From the NCBI GenBank assembly GCA_050273025.1, contig CP158635.1, positions 5,890,001-5,954,000 of the forward strand: a DNA stretch of 64,000 nucleotides, written 5' to 3'. Shown in pieces: positions 1 to 14,900 of the stretch. Every line of letters starts with the position of its first letter. Position 1 is the stretch's first letter. Both the position numbers and the translations under genes were made by a program. This DNA comes from Cenococcum geophilum (lineage: Eukaryota). The notes beneath the pieces are model-generated. The model was not told where the DNA came from, ran no database searches, and saw nothing but the letters and a program-made list of their open reading frames with translations.

Positions 1-653
1 GCTCTAGTTTTAGCAAACTATCCTATATATATATTAGCTGATGGAATAGTAGTATACTATTAGTATATACCTTTTTATATAACTTACTACTTAAGCAACA
101 TCTTAAGTACATACCTCTAAAATATAGCCTAGCGTTTTACTTATAAATACGATATTTATAGTCCTGCTTAACATATAGAGCGTATAACGGATTACACAGT
201 ATATTAAAGCTACCCTTAATATTTTAGATATAGGTATATATCCACTAGCGAGCTTCCTTTATATTTTTCTAAGTATTAGCTTTTAGGGTATACTATTTAT
301 TTACTAACGGCACTTAAATAGAAAGGCGCTCTTTTATATTAATATCTAACGTTATAGCTTAGGCCGTCTACGTACTACGGAGCTTATAAGGGCTATAGAG
401 ATTATAAAAGGATAGAGGAGGGCTTTTAGGATAGTCGGCGTTATTAAGATTACTCTCTTTATTATTATCTAAAATCTTTAATATTTCTATTAGGTTACTA
501 TAAGAGGTAAATTAGTAGATAAGATATTAAAAGAGTATAGCTAATATATACGATTTAAAGGCTATCTTATACTAAATATTTTGCGTAGTAATTTTATTAG
601 CCTACCTCTTAAGAGAAGTAGAAGCATGATAAGGATTAAACTTTTTAAAAATA

Positions 654-750
654 GTAGGCGATAAAGAAATAGGTGGCTTAAAGGTAGGCGGTAAAGAGGT
701 AAGTGGTAAAGAAGTAGGCGGTAAAGAGGTAAGTAGTAAAGAAGTAAGCA
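654..750. repeat. 15-bp tandem repeat (ggtaaagaggtaagt/ggtaaagaagtaggc), about 6 units; probably a low-complexity coding stretch of a RIPed ORF
   Basis: Direct periodicity. The minus strand reads TSLPP/TSLPL repeats. Confidence 0.7.
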
Positions 751-1740
751 GATTTCTAGCAGATTTTATAATAGTATTATTACGGTGCTTTACTATATCT
801 AATAAAGAGTGCTTTAGTATATATTTTCTAAAATTATATTAGCTATAGGCATAATTTAGTATTAGAAAGCTTACTCTTTAGGTAGAGATTCTAAAGAATT
901 AATAAAAGAAAGAGCGTCCTTAAAAGCGTCCTTAATTATTTTATCATTAATATTATATATATTAAGTTTCTTAACTAAATAGCTGTTAGATATATTTAGA
1001 GGTATAAATAAAGGTATTATAGATAGTAATATGCTAATAGATAATAGATAAAATAATAACGGTAAAGTTTATAGTGCGGTGTTATAAGGTAGAAGGTTAG
1101 TAAAAAAAGAAATGCGGAGGTTAATTAAAGGTAAATATCTACACTACCGATTTTATTAAAATAGCTCACTAATAAATAATCGCCGCTATAATTTACTTTA
1201 GTAAAAATTAACTACCTTATATATACTTATTTATAACGCGCAAATTCTTTATAGTTAAGTTACTACTAATTAAAGTAAGTGGGCGCCGTTTAGTTAACTT
1301 ACGAAGTAATATTAATATAAAATTACTGCTTAGCTAAGGTGCTAAAGAAGGGTTATAAGCGGATTTCTTACTTTTAAAGTGCATAGATATATTCTTTTAT
1401 TTATTTTTTACTATAAGGCGGACCTAATATTAGCTAAAAGGCTTAAGGTATAGTAGCCTAAGGAGAATAGATAATATCTAGTTAAGAGGATTATAAGACA
1501 CTTAAACTAAATGGCTAATATAATATAGGTTTTATAGGTTATAGAAGATTTAGATATAAACCTTAGTATCCCCTTAAATAAGAATTTAATAGACTATTTA
1601 AATACGTATATAAAGATTAATACTTAACACCCAGATATTAATTAGAGCTCTACCCTAGTCTTAGTTAAGTTAATAAATAAGTAAAATGTTAAGAAATATT
1701 AAGTACTAACCTACTAAAACTACGTTATATCTAAAACTAA

Positions 1741-2250
1741 GGGCGGAGATTAAGCACTAGGCTATAGGTTCTAAGCTACACTTAATTTAAAGAGTAAAGA
1801 TTAAATATTAGACTATAAATTTTAAGCCATACCTAATTTAGAAGGTAGGGATTAAATATTAGTACGCAAATTTTAAACTGCGCCTAGTTTAGAGGGCGGA
1901 GATTAAGTATTAGCCTATAAACCCTAAGCCTTAGAGTTTCCTTAAAGCGGAGATTTAGTATTATAACTTAAATCCTAAGCCTTAATATTTAAGAGGAGCG
2001 GAGATCTAATACTATATTACAAATTCTAAATTTCCAGATTTCCTACTACCTAGGAACTAGTACTACGCTATAAATTTTAAACTTTATAATTTTTTATAAT
2101 TAGAGATTTAGTGCTATATTACGAATATTAAACCTTAGGCTTATCTAAAAGTTAAGACTTAGTATTATACTATAAGCTCTAATACTTAAACTGCCCTAAG
2201 GATTTAGATTTAATACTATACTATAGACTTTAATATCCGGATTACTCTAA
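1741..2250 (+). pseudogene. RIPed ORF segment with ~10 x 51-bp (17-aa) tandem repeats, de-RIP consensus about AEIQHHxMNFEPQxxxR; product unknown
   Basis: The motif gcggagatt and its variants recur every 51 bp (about 1742, 1793, 1844, 1895, 1946, 1997...). In-frame stops are TAA/TAG, compatible with CAA/CAG before RIP. Confidence 0.6.
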
Positions 2251-2899
2251 GGGCTAAATATCTAGCTGTTAAGATAACTGTAATAGAGTAGTATACGTAG
2301 TTTGTGACTAGTTTGCCTATAAGTCTTAGGTTAATATAAGCTAAGATATTTAAGACTTAATTATATCCGTTTATAAGCTAGATACTAATAATAGCTATAA
2401 GGGCGGTAATACTTCGGTTTATAACGGTTAATTAAGACTAGTACTCTTTATAGTTAATATACTAATAGGTCCCCTTTAACCTACTAATAGTAGAGGTATC
2501 TATAATAAGCTTTTAAATACGGTAATATATCTACTAGATTATAACACAGCCTATAAGACACTAGTACTAAAGTATTATATTTCTTTCTTATAAATAAAGC
2601 GGATAAGTATATCTACTTTATCTCCTAGAAAGCTATAATCCTATTTAGGTAATATCCGCTTAAGGCCCTTATAAGTTAGTAAAGGTTAGATATAAAGTAT
2701 ACAGATTTAATTATCAGATATAATATAACTAGAAATTAAACTCTAAACTATATCCTAGTATATTATATTAAGCTATCCTTTAATCTACTTCTTAACACTT
2801 ATAAATAGACCCTTTAAGTACTTACTCTTTATAATATTCTTAGTATATAATATAATAATATTATACTCCTTATAAGTCTACAATAAATTATTATAATTA

Positions 2900-4373
2900 A
2901 AGTAATAGCGTAGACCTCTAAATAACGGACTTGTCTCCTTATATAGCTTAAGTAAAATATTACGTAAATATCTAGTAGCTTTATTTACGAGCTTATATAA
3001 TATATTTAAAAGTACCGCCCGTTTCTCTATATTAGCCTTTACCCTCTTTTATTTTTTTATATACTTAATTAGTAGGGCTAATAATATTATATTTTTATTA
3101 AGTATTTAACCCTCCTCCTCTTAAGTAAATACCTGCGAGATAATATTACTATTAATTATAATAAATAAAGCCAGATTGCTGGCGAAATCTACTACCCTAT
3201 CCTTTTATATCGCTATCCTAGTAGTAATAAAGTTACGGCCGAGTTAGGTAGATAAAGGAACTATAGGGTTTTAAGACTTTTGCTTTAGCAGTATAATATC
3301 TATAAGAGCGCCCTTATACCGGTCTTTAATAAGGATAATTATATATCCAGTAATACTATTATATTAGGCGGCCCGTCTAAATCACTATAGTATTATATTT
3401 AGGCTTTTATTAGGATAATAACTATATATAATAGAACAGATAATATCTAGAATATCCGCATTATAGGCTAGGGCGTCTAATATAATAAGAATGCGGGTAG
3501 GTAAGTCTTCTATATAGAAAATTTAATACTCCTTACTCTTATTACATTTGGTTAATATTATATAATAACTCCGTACTACTATTTTAGCCTACTTTATAGT
3601 ATAGCCCTTAGTTATAAGCTATAAATAGATTATATTTATACACCTATAGGTATAATTTTTAGTATAAAGAAAGATAATTATTTTAGGAATCAATTCAGGA
3701 CTTAAAACCTTTTGTCCCTTTAGCTATATAATACCTTTTACTAGATTTTAGATTCGCCTAACTAGTTAATAAATAGAGTTAGCGAATATTTAACTAGAAG
3801 ATGCGGATATCCTACTAGACGCTATAGGTATTTAGCTAGATAATACGGATATTTTACTAAACCCTATAGATATCTAGCTAAGGGTCGCGGGTATATAATC
3901 CTCCTCTACTACTACCTCCTTAAATGCCTCTTTAATAATAAAGAATAGTGCCTTATAATTATTCTTATCCCTCCTCTTAATATAGCCCCTAATAATAGAT
4001 AGGTTAGGCCAATTAATATTTATTTATTTAAGATCTGTTATACTTTAATAAAACCCTACTAGCTTTATTACCTTTATATATATCTCCTTATTAAATATTG
4101 CAGTATATATAAACTATAATACTATTAAACTAAGTAGTAATTGGACCTTAAAGAGTTATATATAATAGGGCCGGAAGCTCTTACCCTAGTTAGCAACTAA
4201 ATAATATTTATTAATTATAACTAAGAAAATATATAAGCAAAAAGTAGGCTAAGTAAGGATATAGTAGAACTGTTTACTTAATAGTAACTCTAGTAATACT
4301 AAAATATATATAAACTAACCCACCTTAATATATTTTAGAATATCTATATACACTTTTATTACCTCCGTATATA
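2900..4373 (-). pseudogene. RecQ-like SF2 DExH helicase relic, motifs II-VI (C-terminal part)
   Basis: The minus strand reads LVIINKYYLVAN*GKSFRPYY (de-RIP VVIDECHLVANWGKSFRPHY), FIYTAI (ACTAT), NINWPNLSI (DRPNL), RILIILDAL and ILQ*FRRAA (QRFGRAAR). The left limit is approximate. Confidence 0.8.
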
Positions 4374-7300
4374 ATAATAATAATAATTCATTGCTTAACG
4401 TCCAATTTAGATCCCTATTAGGCCCACACGGACTACTCCTTATTTACATATAAGGAGAAAACTCTATTTAAGAAAAATAAGAAAACCCCGTAATCTATCT
4501 CCCCGCCTTTTAGGACTCGCCTACTTAGCGCCTATAAGTCGCCTATAGTGCTCTACTACCTTACTATTTAACCTTCTTAGGAACCACTGCTGCCGTAATA
4601 AGCCTACGGATGCGCTAGTATTATAAACTATTACTCTACTACTATAGAGTTACTAGGGGGCACCTGCTGCTCGCCCCCTTGCCTTTTATTACTATTTCCC
4701 TTGCAACTTAGAACTGGTTTAGCACATTTTAACTAATAAGCCACTAGGTGACCGCCTTGAGGCCTTTTTATATTAAGAGTAGTATATTATAGTTTTCTAT
4801 GCCAGCTGCTAAGAGTATTATTTCTTAATTAGTGCGTAGGGGGTATAGCAGTATTACGTATTTTGGTGTCTATTTTAGCCAGCCACATTCGTATCTTAGG
4901 CTACCTACTAGGATACCTACCTAGTAAAGCTAATCTTTTAGTCCTATTATTCCTGTTCTTAAGAGTGTTACTATTATATTTTCTGCCTTTATTAGGCCTT
5001 CTTAGAGCCCTTAGGTATTTACCCCCTATAGCGTTAACCATACTATAGCTTAGGTTTGTCTTGCTTAAGTTAGCCTCTATACCTTTAACTCCTATTTACC
5101 TCTCTAGCATTAGTCTAACCAGTATTACATTATAGTAGATGGTTTCCCAGCGTTCTTATATATTCTACTTTAGCTCCTTTCTCTATCTTACTATTATCTT
5201 TACTAACCTCTTATACGTCTCCCTTCCTCCTCTATATAGGCCTAGGCCCTAAAGTGGTACTATTCTTCTTCTACTTTCTTTACCTGTTTCTCTAATATCT
5301 CTTCCCTACTTTAGGGTTATTGGTTTATTCTCCTACGGGGCACCCTAGGGTCCCTCCATAGTTTACTTAGGCGTGTCTTAATATACTTTATAATATTAGA
5401 GTTGCGTTTATTTTGCGTCTTTTATATTATAGCGGCTTTAATATATAACTATAGGGGGGGAATATTGGATTCCTTCTTAAGCAGTGCTGTGGCCGTTCGC
5501 TTGTACCCGCCTATAATACTCTAAAGGTAGGCTATTTAGACCTTTTAAAGTGGTTTAAGGAGTAATTTAGGGGGGCCCTTTTTAGTTTCTCTAATAGCCT
5601 AAATACTAGATCTATATGTTATGGTTAGCTGGATAACTACTATATATAGTAGGCGTAACCTCTAGAAGTATAGACCCTATATAGAATTAACAATCCTGGA
5701 TAAAGTAATAAACTATACTTAGCCTTTACGGGCCGCTTATACCGCATATACGCTCTACCGGAGCTTACTGTCTACTTATACTCCTAATACCCTTAGGCCC
5801 TAAACTAGTTAACCCCTAAAGCCTTAGATGCAAATTATATGCTAAAGATCTATAGATTAGTTGCGTTTTCTTATAAAATAGATTAGCTGGTATTTCTTTA
5901 GTAAGAATTGGACTTTATAACGTTTTACCTATTCTATATAAGTATTATAGGCTTTCTCTAATATTCTATAATTCTCTATAGCTGTTAGCCCGTATATAAT
6001 TAGGTTTATATTATTAACGAAGCCTATCCCTTAGGTCGCCCCTTTCTTAAAGGAGTTAAGTAGGTTGCTTATAAAGAAAAGGAAGAGTATAGGTAAGAGG
6101 GGTAATTTTTATGGTATTCCTGTTATAACTATAATAGGGGGGCTCTAGTATCCGCTAAAGACCAGTAATATTTCTTTCTAGCCTATAAACCCTTAGATAA
6201 ATTATATAATCCATTTTAGGAAGCCCTTTGCCCTAAGGATATATAGGAGATACTTATAGGGTATATTGTTGTAGGCACTACTAATATCTAGGCTAAGCAT
6301 TAATACTATAAAGTCCTTTCGCATCGCCTATGCAGATTTAATAGTAGTAGTAAGTAGCGTAAGTGCTAATAGTGTTAAGCGGTTCTTTCTTGCCCCTATT
6401 TAGCTTTATAGTAGTAGGGCGTATTCCTCTACCGTATCTACTATATATTCCGCTATTACCCTTTCTAAGATCTTACTAAGGGTGTTTTCTAAGGCAATAG
6501 GGCGGTAGCTTCCTGGGATTAAGTAATCTACTTTACCTTCTTTTTATAGAACAACCGTCGTTATAGATCTTCCGAGTTATAGGTAGTAGCCTATAGCAAA
6601 GTATACTCTAGCTATATCTATAAGCTAAGGTGCTATAAATAGCCCACAGGTTTTTAGGGCCTTATTTAGAATCCCATCTAGTCCTAGTGCTATATTATTT
6701 AAAAGGCGGCTAATAGTTCTAGCCATTTCCTCTATTATTATGTCGCTGTTAACCCGCAGGTAAGTTACCGGTGTTTTACCCGTGATATTACTAAGGTCTA
6801 CTAGAGCCAGTTAGGGGAAGAACCTTTTTATAAGAATTTTTACCTTCTTATTATTATTATTTATGGCCTATAATTCTCCTACTCTTTATAGGGGTAGTAG
6901 GTATAGGTCTTCTACTAAGCACCCTACCTTTTTCTTTACCTATTTTGCTATAGCCCAAAGGCCCTTATTATAGGGGAGGCTTAGGTTAAAAGTATACTTA
7001 TTTATAAACCGTCTCCAATTATTCCTTACTTCTTTTTTTAGGGTATTCTTTAGCTGGTTTCTTATATCTTTATATTATCTCTTATCTTTAGGGTCGTAGC
7101 TACTTATATATTTCCTTCTTGCTTATTATTAGCTAGTAACCAAAACTGCGTATTATATAGACTATATATATCGCGTATAGGGGCCCGGTTTTAAGATCGG
7201 GTAGTACTCTTTTAGCCTATTTTTAATTGCTGCCTAGATCCTTTCTAGTCTTTGGTTAATTTCCTTAGGGGTGGCCAATAAGCCTTATATATTTGGTATT

Positions 7301-8942
7301 AGGTAGATTTCTTCTAGGTCTTAAAGTTGTTATTTAACTATATTAAGGAAACTGTTTATTTTAAGCTTCCTTATTACATATCTTTTTCTATTTAGTTGCG
7401 CTTTAGTATCTAGGTCTAGCTATATTTAGATAGGGATATAGTCTAGAATAAGTGCCCATTCTTCTTTAGGGTTACACCTTTTAAGTCTCTAGTATAGGCC
7501 TTCGTCTATAAATATAAGGTCAATTATACTTCTAGCGGTGCCTTATTGCCATATAATTACTCCTAAGGGGGTAGCTAGCTTAAGGCCCTAGATATCTATA
7601 GCTCTTAATAGGCACTTTAACTATTAATCTACAGCAATATAGATACCCTCCCACTATAGGTAGTAGAGGTTTATATCTCCTAGTAAAATAAACTCTATAC
7701 CTTTAGTTTCTAGTAAGCTTATTACTAATATAATATTCTCTATTTATGGGACCCCTTTAACCCTAGGGTTATATACATTAATAATTTATACCGGTCCCCT
7801 ATATATTTAGATTATTATAACTATAATATCTAGGTTAACTGCCTGCTATAACTATAAGGATAGGCTAATAGCCTTGCTAATTATAAAGCACATATATATA
7901 GCTGCTTTTGGTTTATATAGGAGCTGGAATCCTTAGGGGCAGTATATTAATTATATAAAGGTATTATAATACGGTTCTTATATAGTAAGGATATAGTATT
8001 TCTTTAGGTCTAGACTGTCTAGTAGGGGCCTTATAAGGCAGTGGTTTGTATTACCGTAGTTATACTATATAATAGATAGGTAGCGGACCCCTAGCAAGGG
8101 TCCTTTAACTCTCCTTTATTCCTTACTTCTTCTATTTTTACTTTCTCTAGGATATTTAGAGCTTCTATCTCTTATGTCTATACCCTAGTTACTACTTATT
8201 TTATATAAAGCTTTCCATTCCTATATCTTATGTTCCTATTAGCGCTTCTATATCTAAATCTATTATTATTACCAATTCTTCCCCTATTCTTACTAGTCGG
8301 CTATATACCCTTTATAGGTTAACTATAAATATTATATTTACCGCATTAAGTCTAATTCTTAATTATCCTAGTCTTAAGCCTACTATTACTGTCTATAGGG
8401 GTCTTTCTACGGGGCGTCCTCTCCCTTATGTCCCCTATAACCCTTATATCCCTAATCGGTCTAGTAATATCGCGTAGCATTACTTCTAGCCCGTTAAGGC
8501 TTAGGATAGCTAGCCTAGCCCTCTAGTATTAAAGATAGGAAATGCTAGGAAGGCGCCTATGTCTCCCTAGCTTATCGCCTATTATTTCTATTTATATAAC
8601 CTAGCGTATAGTTATTCCTATAGCTATTAAGCCCTTACCTTCTATCTCCTATATTTAATATAGTCTTCTCTCTCCCACGCCTTATATATGCTTTGGTAGC
8701 AGTTCGCGCATTTTATTTAGTCTTAATTTAAGCAATGTCTTATATTATAGGGGCCTGCATAGTGGCTATAGCATACCTATACTGCGCATATAGATTAGGT
8801 ATATCCCTATTATATATAGCAATAGCATTATTCTAGGCGTAGTCTGTGGTTATAGAGCCTTATATTATATATAAGGCCATTTATAATTATTCCTTTTTAG
8901 ATAAGGAGTTTTTACATTCCTAGTATATATATACTAATAATA

Positions 8943-11900
8943 GTATTAAACTTAACCTTACGACCCTAAAAAAAGGAGCTCTTGCTACACCTGGCCCAAA
9001 AAGACCAAAACTAACTAAAAGAACCCTAAAAAACACCTAAAGAATCCCCCTAAGATACATACATCACAGGGAAGGCACACGTTAAACGATGGTGGCTCGC
9101 ACTCGCGCGTAACCGCTAGAACTACGCCTAGCAATGGCCCTCCATAATAAAGATAGGCGAATACCACACTATAAAGCGGAAATACCTCTATTAAGAAGGC
9201 ATCTAATAAAATATAAAGCCTATTAGACGCGTCTAGTATCTAAAATTATAGGGGAGTAACCGTTAGCTATAATAAACTAATATAGCTAGTAGAATGGCTC
9301 CGCTAGTTTAGCGAACCTTAGGCGCCCCTCTAGTAAACCCTTAATTAAATCCTCTAACGGCTAAGCAAAATTAAAAATAAGTATAACCCCCCTTTACCGG
9401 CGAACCGCACCTAGGCCACTGTAACGGCGCTATTGTACGTTACCTGCCAAATTCTGCCATATTCTGCCGACCTGTGATTGGCCCGCCTAAAGCTAGCGCC
9501 TTAGCGGCTCACCCTATATATTTGTTTATATCGGTCCTAGCGACCCCTTTTCCTTCTCTTTAGCTTAGTATCTTTGTAATACAGCATTCTACAAGCTTTG
9601 GTTTAGAGGCATTTATACAAGCCGTAATATTATACTAAGCTCTCCCTACCTTACCTAGGAAGGCCTCAATAATATCCTACCCTAAAGAAACTTCGTCTGC
9701 AACGACGCATTAACGCGCTATACTCAGACACTAAAACAACTCTATATTGCCTGGGAAGGCCTAGATAATATCCCACCTTATAAGCTAGACAGAACTGGAC
9801 CTGTACCCCTAGAATTGAAACTAAAGCGTACAATATTAACGAACCTTAGGAAGCTAACGATGGCACCTAAAGTAAGCTTATCTAAGAGAGCTGCCTCTAC
9901 CCGAGAGGAACCTAAGATCTAATTAGGATTAGAAATCGAAGATAATAATAATATCGTAGACATACGCGAGTAGATTCGCGCCCTTGCAGCCAGCCAGGAA
10001 GCCGATCGTCTTAAAGCGAGAAATATATAAGAGACCCTATAAGAGATCCTAGAAAGCCTTGCGGCCCTATAAAATAGCCCGGCTTCCCCTTTTTAAAGCC
10101 CTAGCCGACCTATTTACTCTACTAAATGCAATATACTAGGGAGTATGGATATAATAATAAAGCAATTAAAGTCCGTTAAGCTCCCTAACCCCCTACCACT
10201 GTCTAACGGGATAGACCCTACCTTTAAAAATTGGAGGATTTAAATATAAGGAAAGCTCCGCGTTAACTATAACTATTTCCTTTTTAAAGAAGCCAAAATG
10301 CTCTACCTCTTTAGTTGAACCACTGGGGATGCCTAATAGCACCTTTAAGCCAAGTTTAAGGACGACTCCCCTGTCCAATTTATATCTGTTAATAAGATAA
10401 TACGGTATCTAGCGGCTATTTATGTTAACCTAAATAAAGTACGGGATGCCCGTTATAACTATAATCACCTAATAATAAAACTGAACTAACCCTTTATTAA
10501 ATTCTAGACTTAATTCCTATACCTTGCAGGAGAAGGCCAGGTTCCCCTTAAGAACTACTGATTAGACCTATATAATAAGCTAACAATCCAGCTATAAGAA
10601 AAGATTGCTGTAACCTTAAATAACCTACTAACCTACGAAAGACTTATAGCTCGTTATCTATTATTAGACTTAGAACTAAAGCGGATTAACGCCCGCCCTA
10701 ATTGGCAGAAGTAACTCCGTAATGATTGGAACTCACCAGCTATACCTATAGGAGCTGGAGCAGGAAGATAAGTTACGACTGCTCTTATACTAAAGGCGGT
10801 TATAACTACGCACCGGCAAGCCTTGCCTAACCAGCTACGTACCACGCCATTAACTAGTATTCGCTGTAATACTCCGATTGACCCTGCCTTAGCTATGTAC
10901 TTTAACTACAATAAGCAAGGTTACTTTGCCTTGTCCTGCCCGGAGCTAAAGGATATAGGCAATATTAAGGAGATAGAGGAAGGAGAAACGTCTAATAAGT
11001 CGGGAAAAGAAGAACCCTAGGGAAAGACTCCCCCCTAGGGTACCCTATTGATCTTGAAGAGATTAATCTTAGTTAGTTAATAGGTGGAAAGTATTTTATA
11101 GTTCTATGTATAGTATCTTAAAATAGATATAGAGTTAATATAACTGCCCTTATTAACATTAGAGCAAATAGCTTCGCCTTTATAAATACTGCCTATACGA
11201 ATGATGTTGCTAAGTTTCTAAATGCAGAAGCCATCCAACTAGAGAAGCCTATCTAGGTAAAGGGCTATAACGGCCAAGCCGGTCAGCCCGTTACCTACGT
11301 CTTAAAGTTATATATCGCTCTTAACGGACGACGCTAATACGGTATCCCCTTTTGCATCCTAGACCTAGGGTCCTATGATATAATCCTTAGACGAAAATAG
11401 ATATCCTATTTTAATATTTGGTTAAACGTGTAAAAAAGACAGTTTGTTTGGCCGGAGGATAGACCGAGGTTGCCCTCCTTTGTTAGGGAGATCCGAACTG
11501 ACCGTAAGACACTAGCCGTAAGGGGTAACCCTACCTACTAGTAGGATGTCCGGGCTTGTGACCTAGCCTTTGCCTAAGAGGACGCCCGCCGCGAAGCTGG
11601 AAAGAACTCCGTACCGATAAAGATACTCTCCCGAAGCGCTACGTTTAAAAAGGACTCTACGTACGGAAGCGGGATAGATAATGATGTAGATGATATCCAA
11701 ATCGCATAGATCTAACCGTTATGGAAAAGAACGTATTAATAGGATATAAGGGATAACCTTCGAAAGATGCAATAGGAGCTAAAAGGAGTAACGATAACGC
11801 TAGTACCCTGGAAGTCCCTAAAGTTATATACGCCCCTATTGTTAGTTAACCCCTCTACCGTAAACATCGCCGCAATTAGCGCTGTAGTGTTCTACTTTAA

Positions 11901-14900
11901 TATATACCGGAAGGATAATAAGGTCTTTATAACGAGCCTATATAAGATTAACCGAATTATTAATGATAGAGAGGAAAGGCTAGATGAGGAAACTGACGAG
12001 GAACTAGTTAAACGCCTCCTTTCTACTATTTATATAGGCTATAAGGATGTATTCTTAAAGGCGGCCTTAGACAAGTTACCCCCCTACTGGACGTACGATT
12101 ACAAGATTTAATTAGAGGCCAATAACTCGCTAGGCTATAGCCCCCTTTACTATTAATTAACGGATAAGCTAAAAGTAATAAAGTAGTACTTAATTAATAA
12201 CCTGGATAAAGGGTTTATCGAGCCAAGTTAAGCCCCTTTTGCTTCCCCTATTCTGTTTGTAAAAAAGCCTAATAGAGGCCTTTGTTTTTGTATTGACTAT
12301 TAAAAGCTAAACGCTATTACTTAAAAGGACCGGTATTCTATTCCTTTAATTGATAAGACCCTTATACGTTTAAGCTAGGTAAAGATCTTTACCAAACTTA
12401 ATATCCGCTAAGCTTTCTACTAAATTAGGATAGACCCTATATTTAAAGATTTAACAACGTTCCGTACCCGCTATAGTTCCTATAAATACAAAGTTCTTCC
12501 TTTTAGACTAATAAACGGACTGGCTACGTACCAAAGGTATATAAATGATGTTCTTTTTAATTACCTTAACGAATTCTGCACGGTATACCTAGATGATATT
12601 TTTATATACTCGGATGACGAACTTAAGCATTAAGTTTATGTTAAGAAGGTTCTGGAGAGGCTATAGAACGCGGGCTTACAAGTTAATATTAAGAAATGCG
12701 AGTTTGGGGTAAAACGTATAAAATACCTCGGGTTTATCGTAACTATAAAAGGAATTAAGGTTGACCCTAAGAAGGTAGAGGCAATCTGTAACTAGAAGCC
12801 CCCTTATATAGTAAAAGGAATCCAGTCCTTCCTTAGTTTTTATAATTTCTACTATTGGTTTATCCGTGACTACGGAATTGTGGTAAAACCTCTTGTACGA
12901 CTAACTAGGAAGGATACGCCTTTTGTCTTTAATGATAGCTGCATAGAGGCCTTTAAAGAGGTAAAGGATCGGCTTATCTCTTCCCTAATTCTTTGTCACT
13001 ATAACCCGGACCTTAAATTAATGCTAGAAATAAACGCCTTTAATAGGGTCATAGCGGGAATCCTATTACAGTTACATCTAGACGGTAAATGGTACCCTAT
13101 AGCTTTCTTCTTAAAGATAATAGACCCGGCTGAGTATAACTACGAAGTATATGATAAAGAAATGCTAGCTATTATTTAATTACTCTTTTAATGGCGCGCA
13201 GAGCTCGAAGGTATAAACTCCTAAATTAAGATATATATAGATTACAAAGCCCTAAAGTACTTTATGATTATAAAGCAGCTTACGGGGTGATAAGCCCGGT
13301 AGGCCGAAATACTCTCCTAATTCTTTTTTACGATTATATATCGTTCTAGCAAGTAAAACTCTAAGGCTAATGCCCTAACCCGAAGAAAACAAGACGTAGG
13401 ACCCTAGGATAAGCTAAAGACCCAATATTGGACGCGCGCCCTCCTCTATTTAGAATAGCTTAACCTACGGATCCTTAAGGAGCTAGACTCCTAGTAAAAC
13501 GAGCTAGCACCAATAAAGGAGTCCTTAGATGAGTTAATAGGGCTAATTAACTGCCTTCTAACTGCAAACCGCACGGCTAACGCCCTAAGGGCCCTCTATA
13601 AATAAGCTGTAAAAGGAGACCCCGATTTTAAGACGGAGGAAGGATTGCTCCTATACTAGGAGCGGCTTGTAGTCCCTAATGTTAATAATCTACGGACCGA
13701 ACTAATCCGCGAAGCTTATTGCTAAATCTTTATGGCATACCCTGGCAAGAATAAGACCCGTAAAATTATTAACTGCCGCTATTACTAGCCGAGAATGGTT
13801 GCGGATATTGATCGATATATACGGAACTGCAAAAACTGCTAGAGAGCTATAATCCCACGGGATAAGACCCTAGGACTATTTAAGCCACTCCCGATACCAG
13901 AGCGCCCTTAGCAGCATATCTTTATAGACTTTTATGAACTACCTAGGGACCGTAACGGATACGATATAGTTATGGTTATAGTTGACCGCTTTAGTAAACG
14001 CCCGTTCTTAATTCTATATCACAAGAATATTGATGCCAAAGAGGCAGCCTGGCTATATGTCCATTACGTCTACTAAATCTATGGACTACCAGATACTATT
14101 ATATCCGATTATAGGCTATAGTTTATATCGGCCTTTTGGAATAAGTTTACTTAAATCCTAGGTATTAAGCTAAAGCTTTTTACGGCTTATTACCCCCAGA
14201 CAGATAGTTAGATAGAGATTGTAAATTAGTACCTAGACCAGAGGCTTAGGCCCTTTATTAACTATTTCTAGGATAACTGGTCTAAATTACTACCCTTAAT
14301 AGACTACGCGCAAGCAACCCTACCCCATAACTCTATAGGGTTTGCCCTAATTTAGCTGGAAATGGGATACTTACCCCATATAAGCTTTAACTGGAAAAGG
14401 CTAGAAGAACCCCAGACTGTACGAGAGAAGCTATCCTATGCTAAGGCCCAACAGTACGCCAAATAATTGGAGGAGGCCTGGACGGTAGCCCGCGAGAACC
14501 TGGAAAAAGCTTAGAGGTTAATAGAACAGTAGGCGAATAAACACCGTTGAGAGCCCGATTTTGCCCCTGGCGATATAGTCTGGGTTATAATAAGGAATTA
14601 GAGGACCGAACGACCTAGCCGTAAGCTGGACTACTAGATGGTAGGACTGTATGAGGTTCTTAAGAAGATAGGCAACTCGTATAAGATAAAGCTCCTAGAC
14701 TTAATTAGGGTTTACCCTATCTTCTTGCTAGATAAGTTACGGAAAGCTGTAAATGACCTATTACCTAGACAAAAGAACGAGCCTCCCCTACTAGTTTAAG
14801 TAAACGGTGACAATGAATAGGAGGTTAACGAAATACTAGCCTGTAAGATAGTACGGGGAGCGCTAAAATACTGTGTCTAATGGAAGGGCTATAATCCTGA

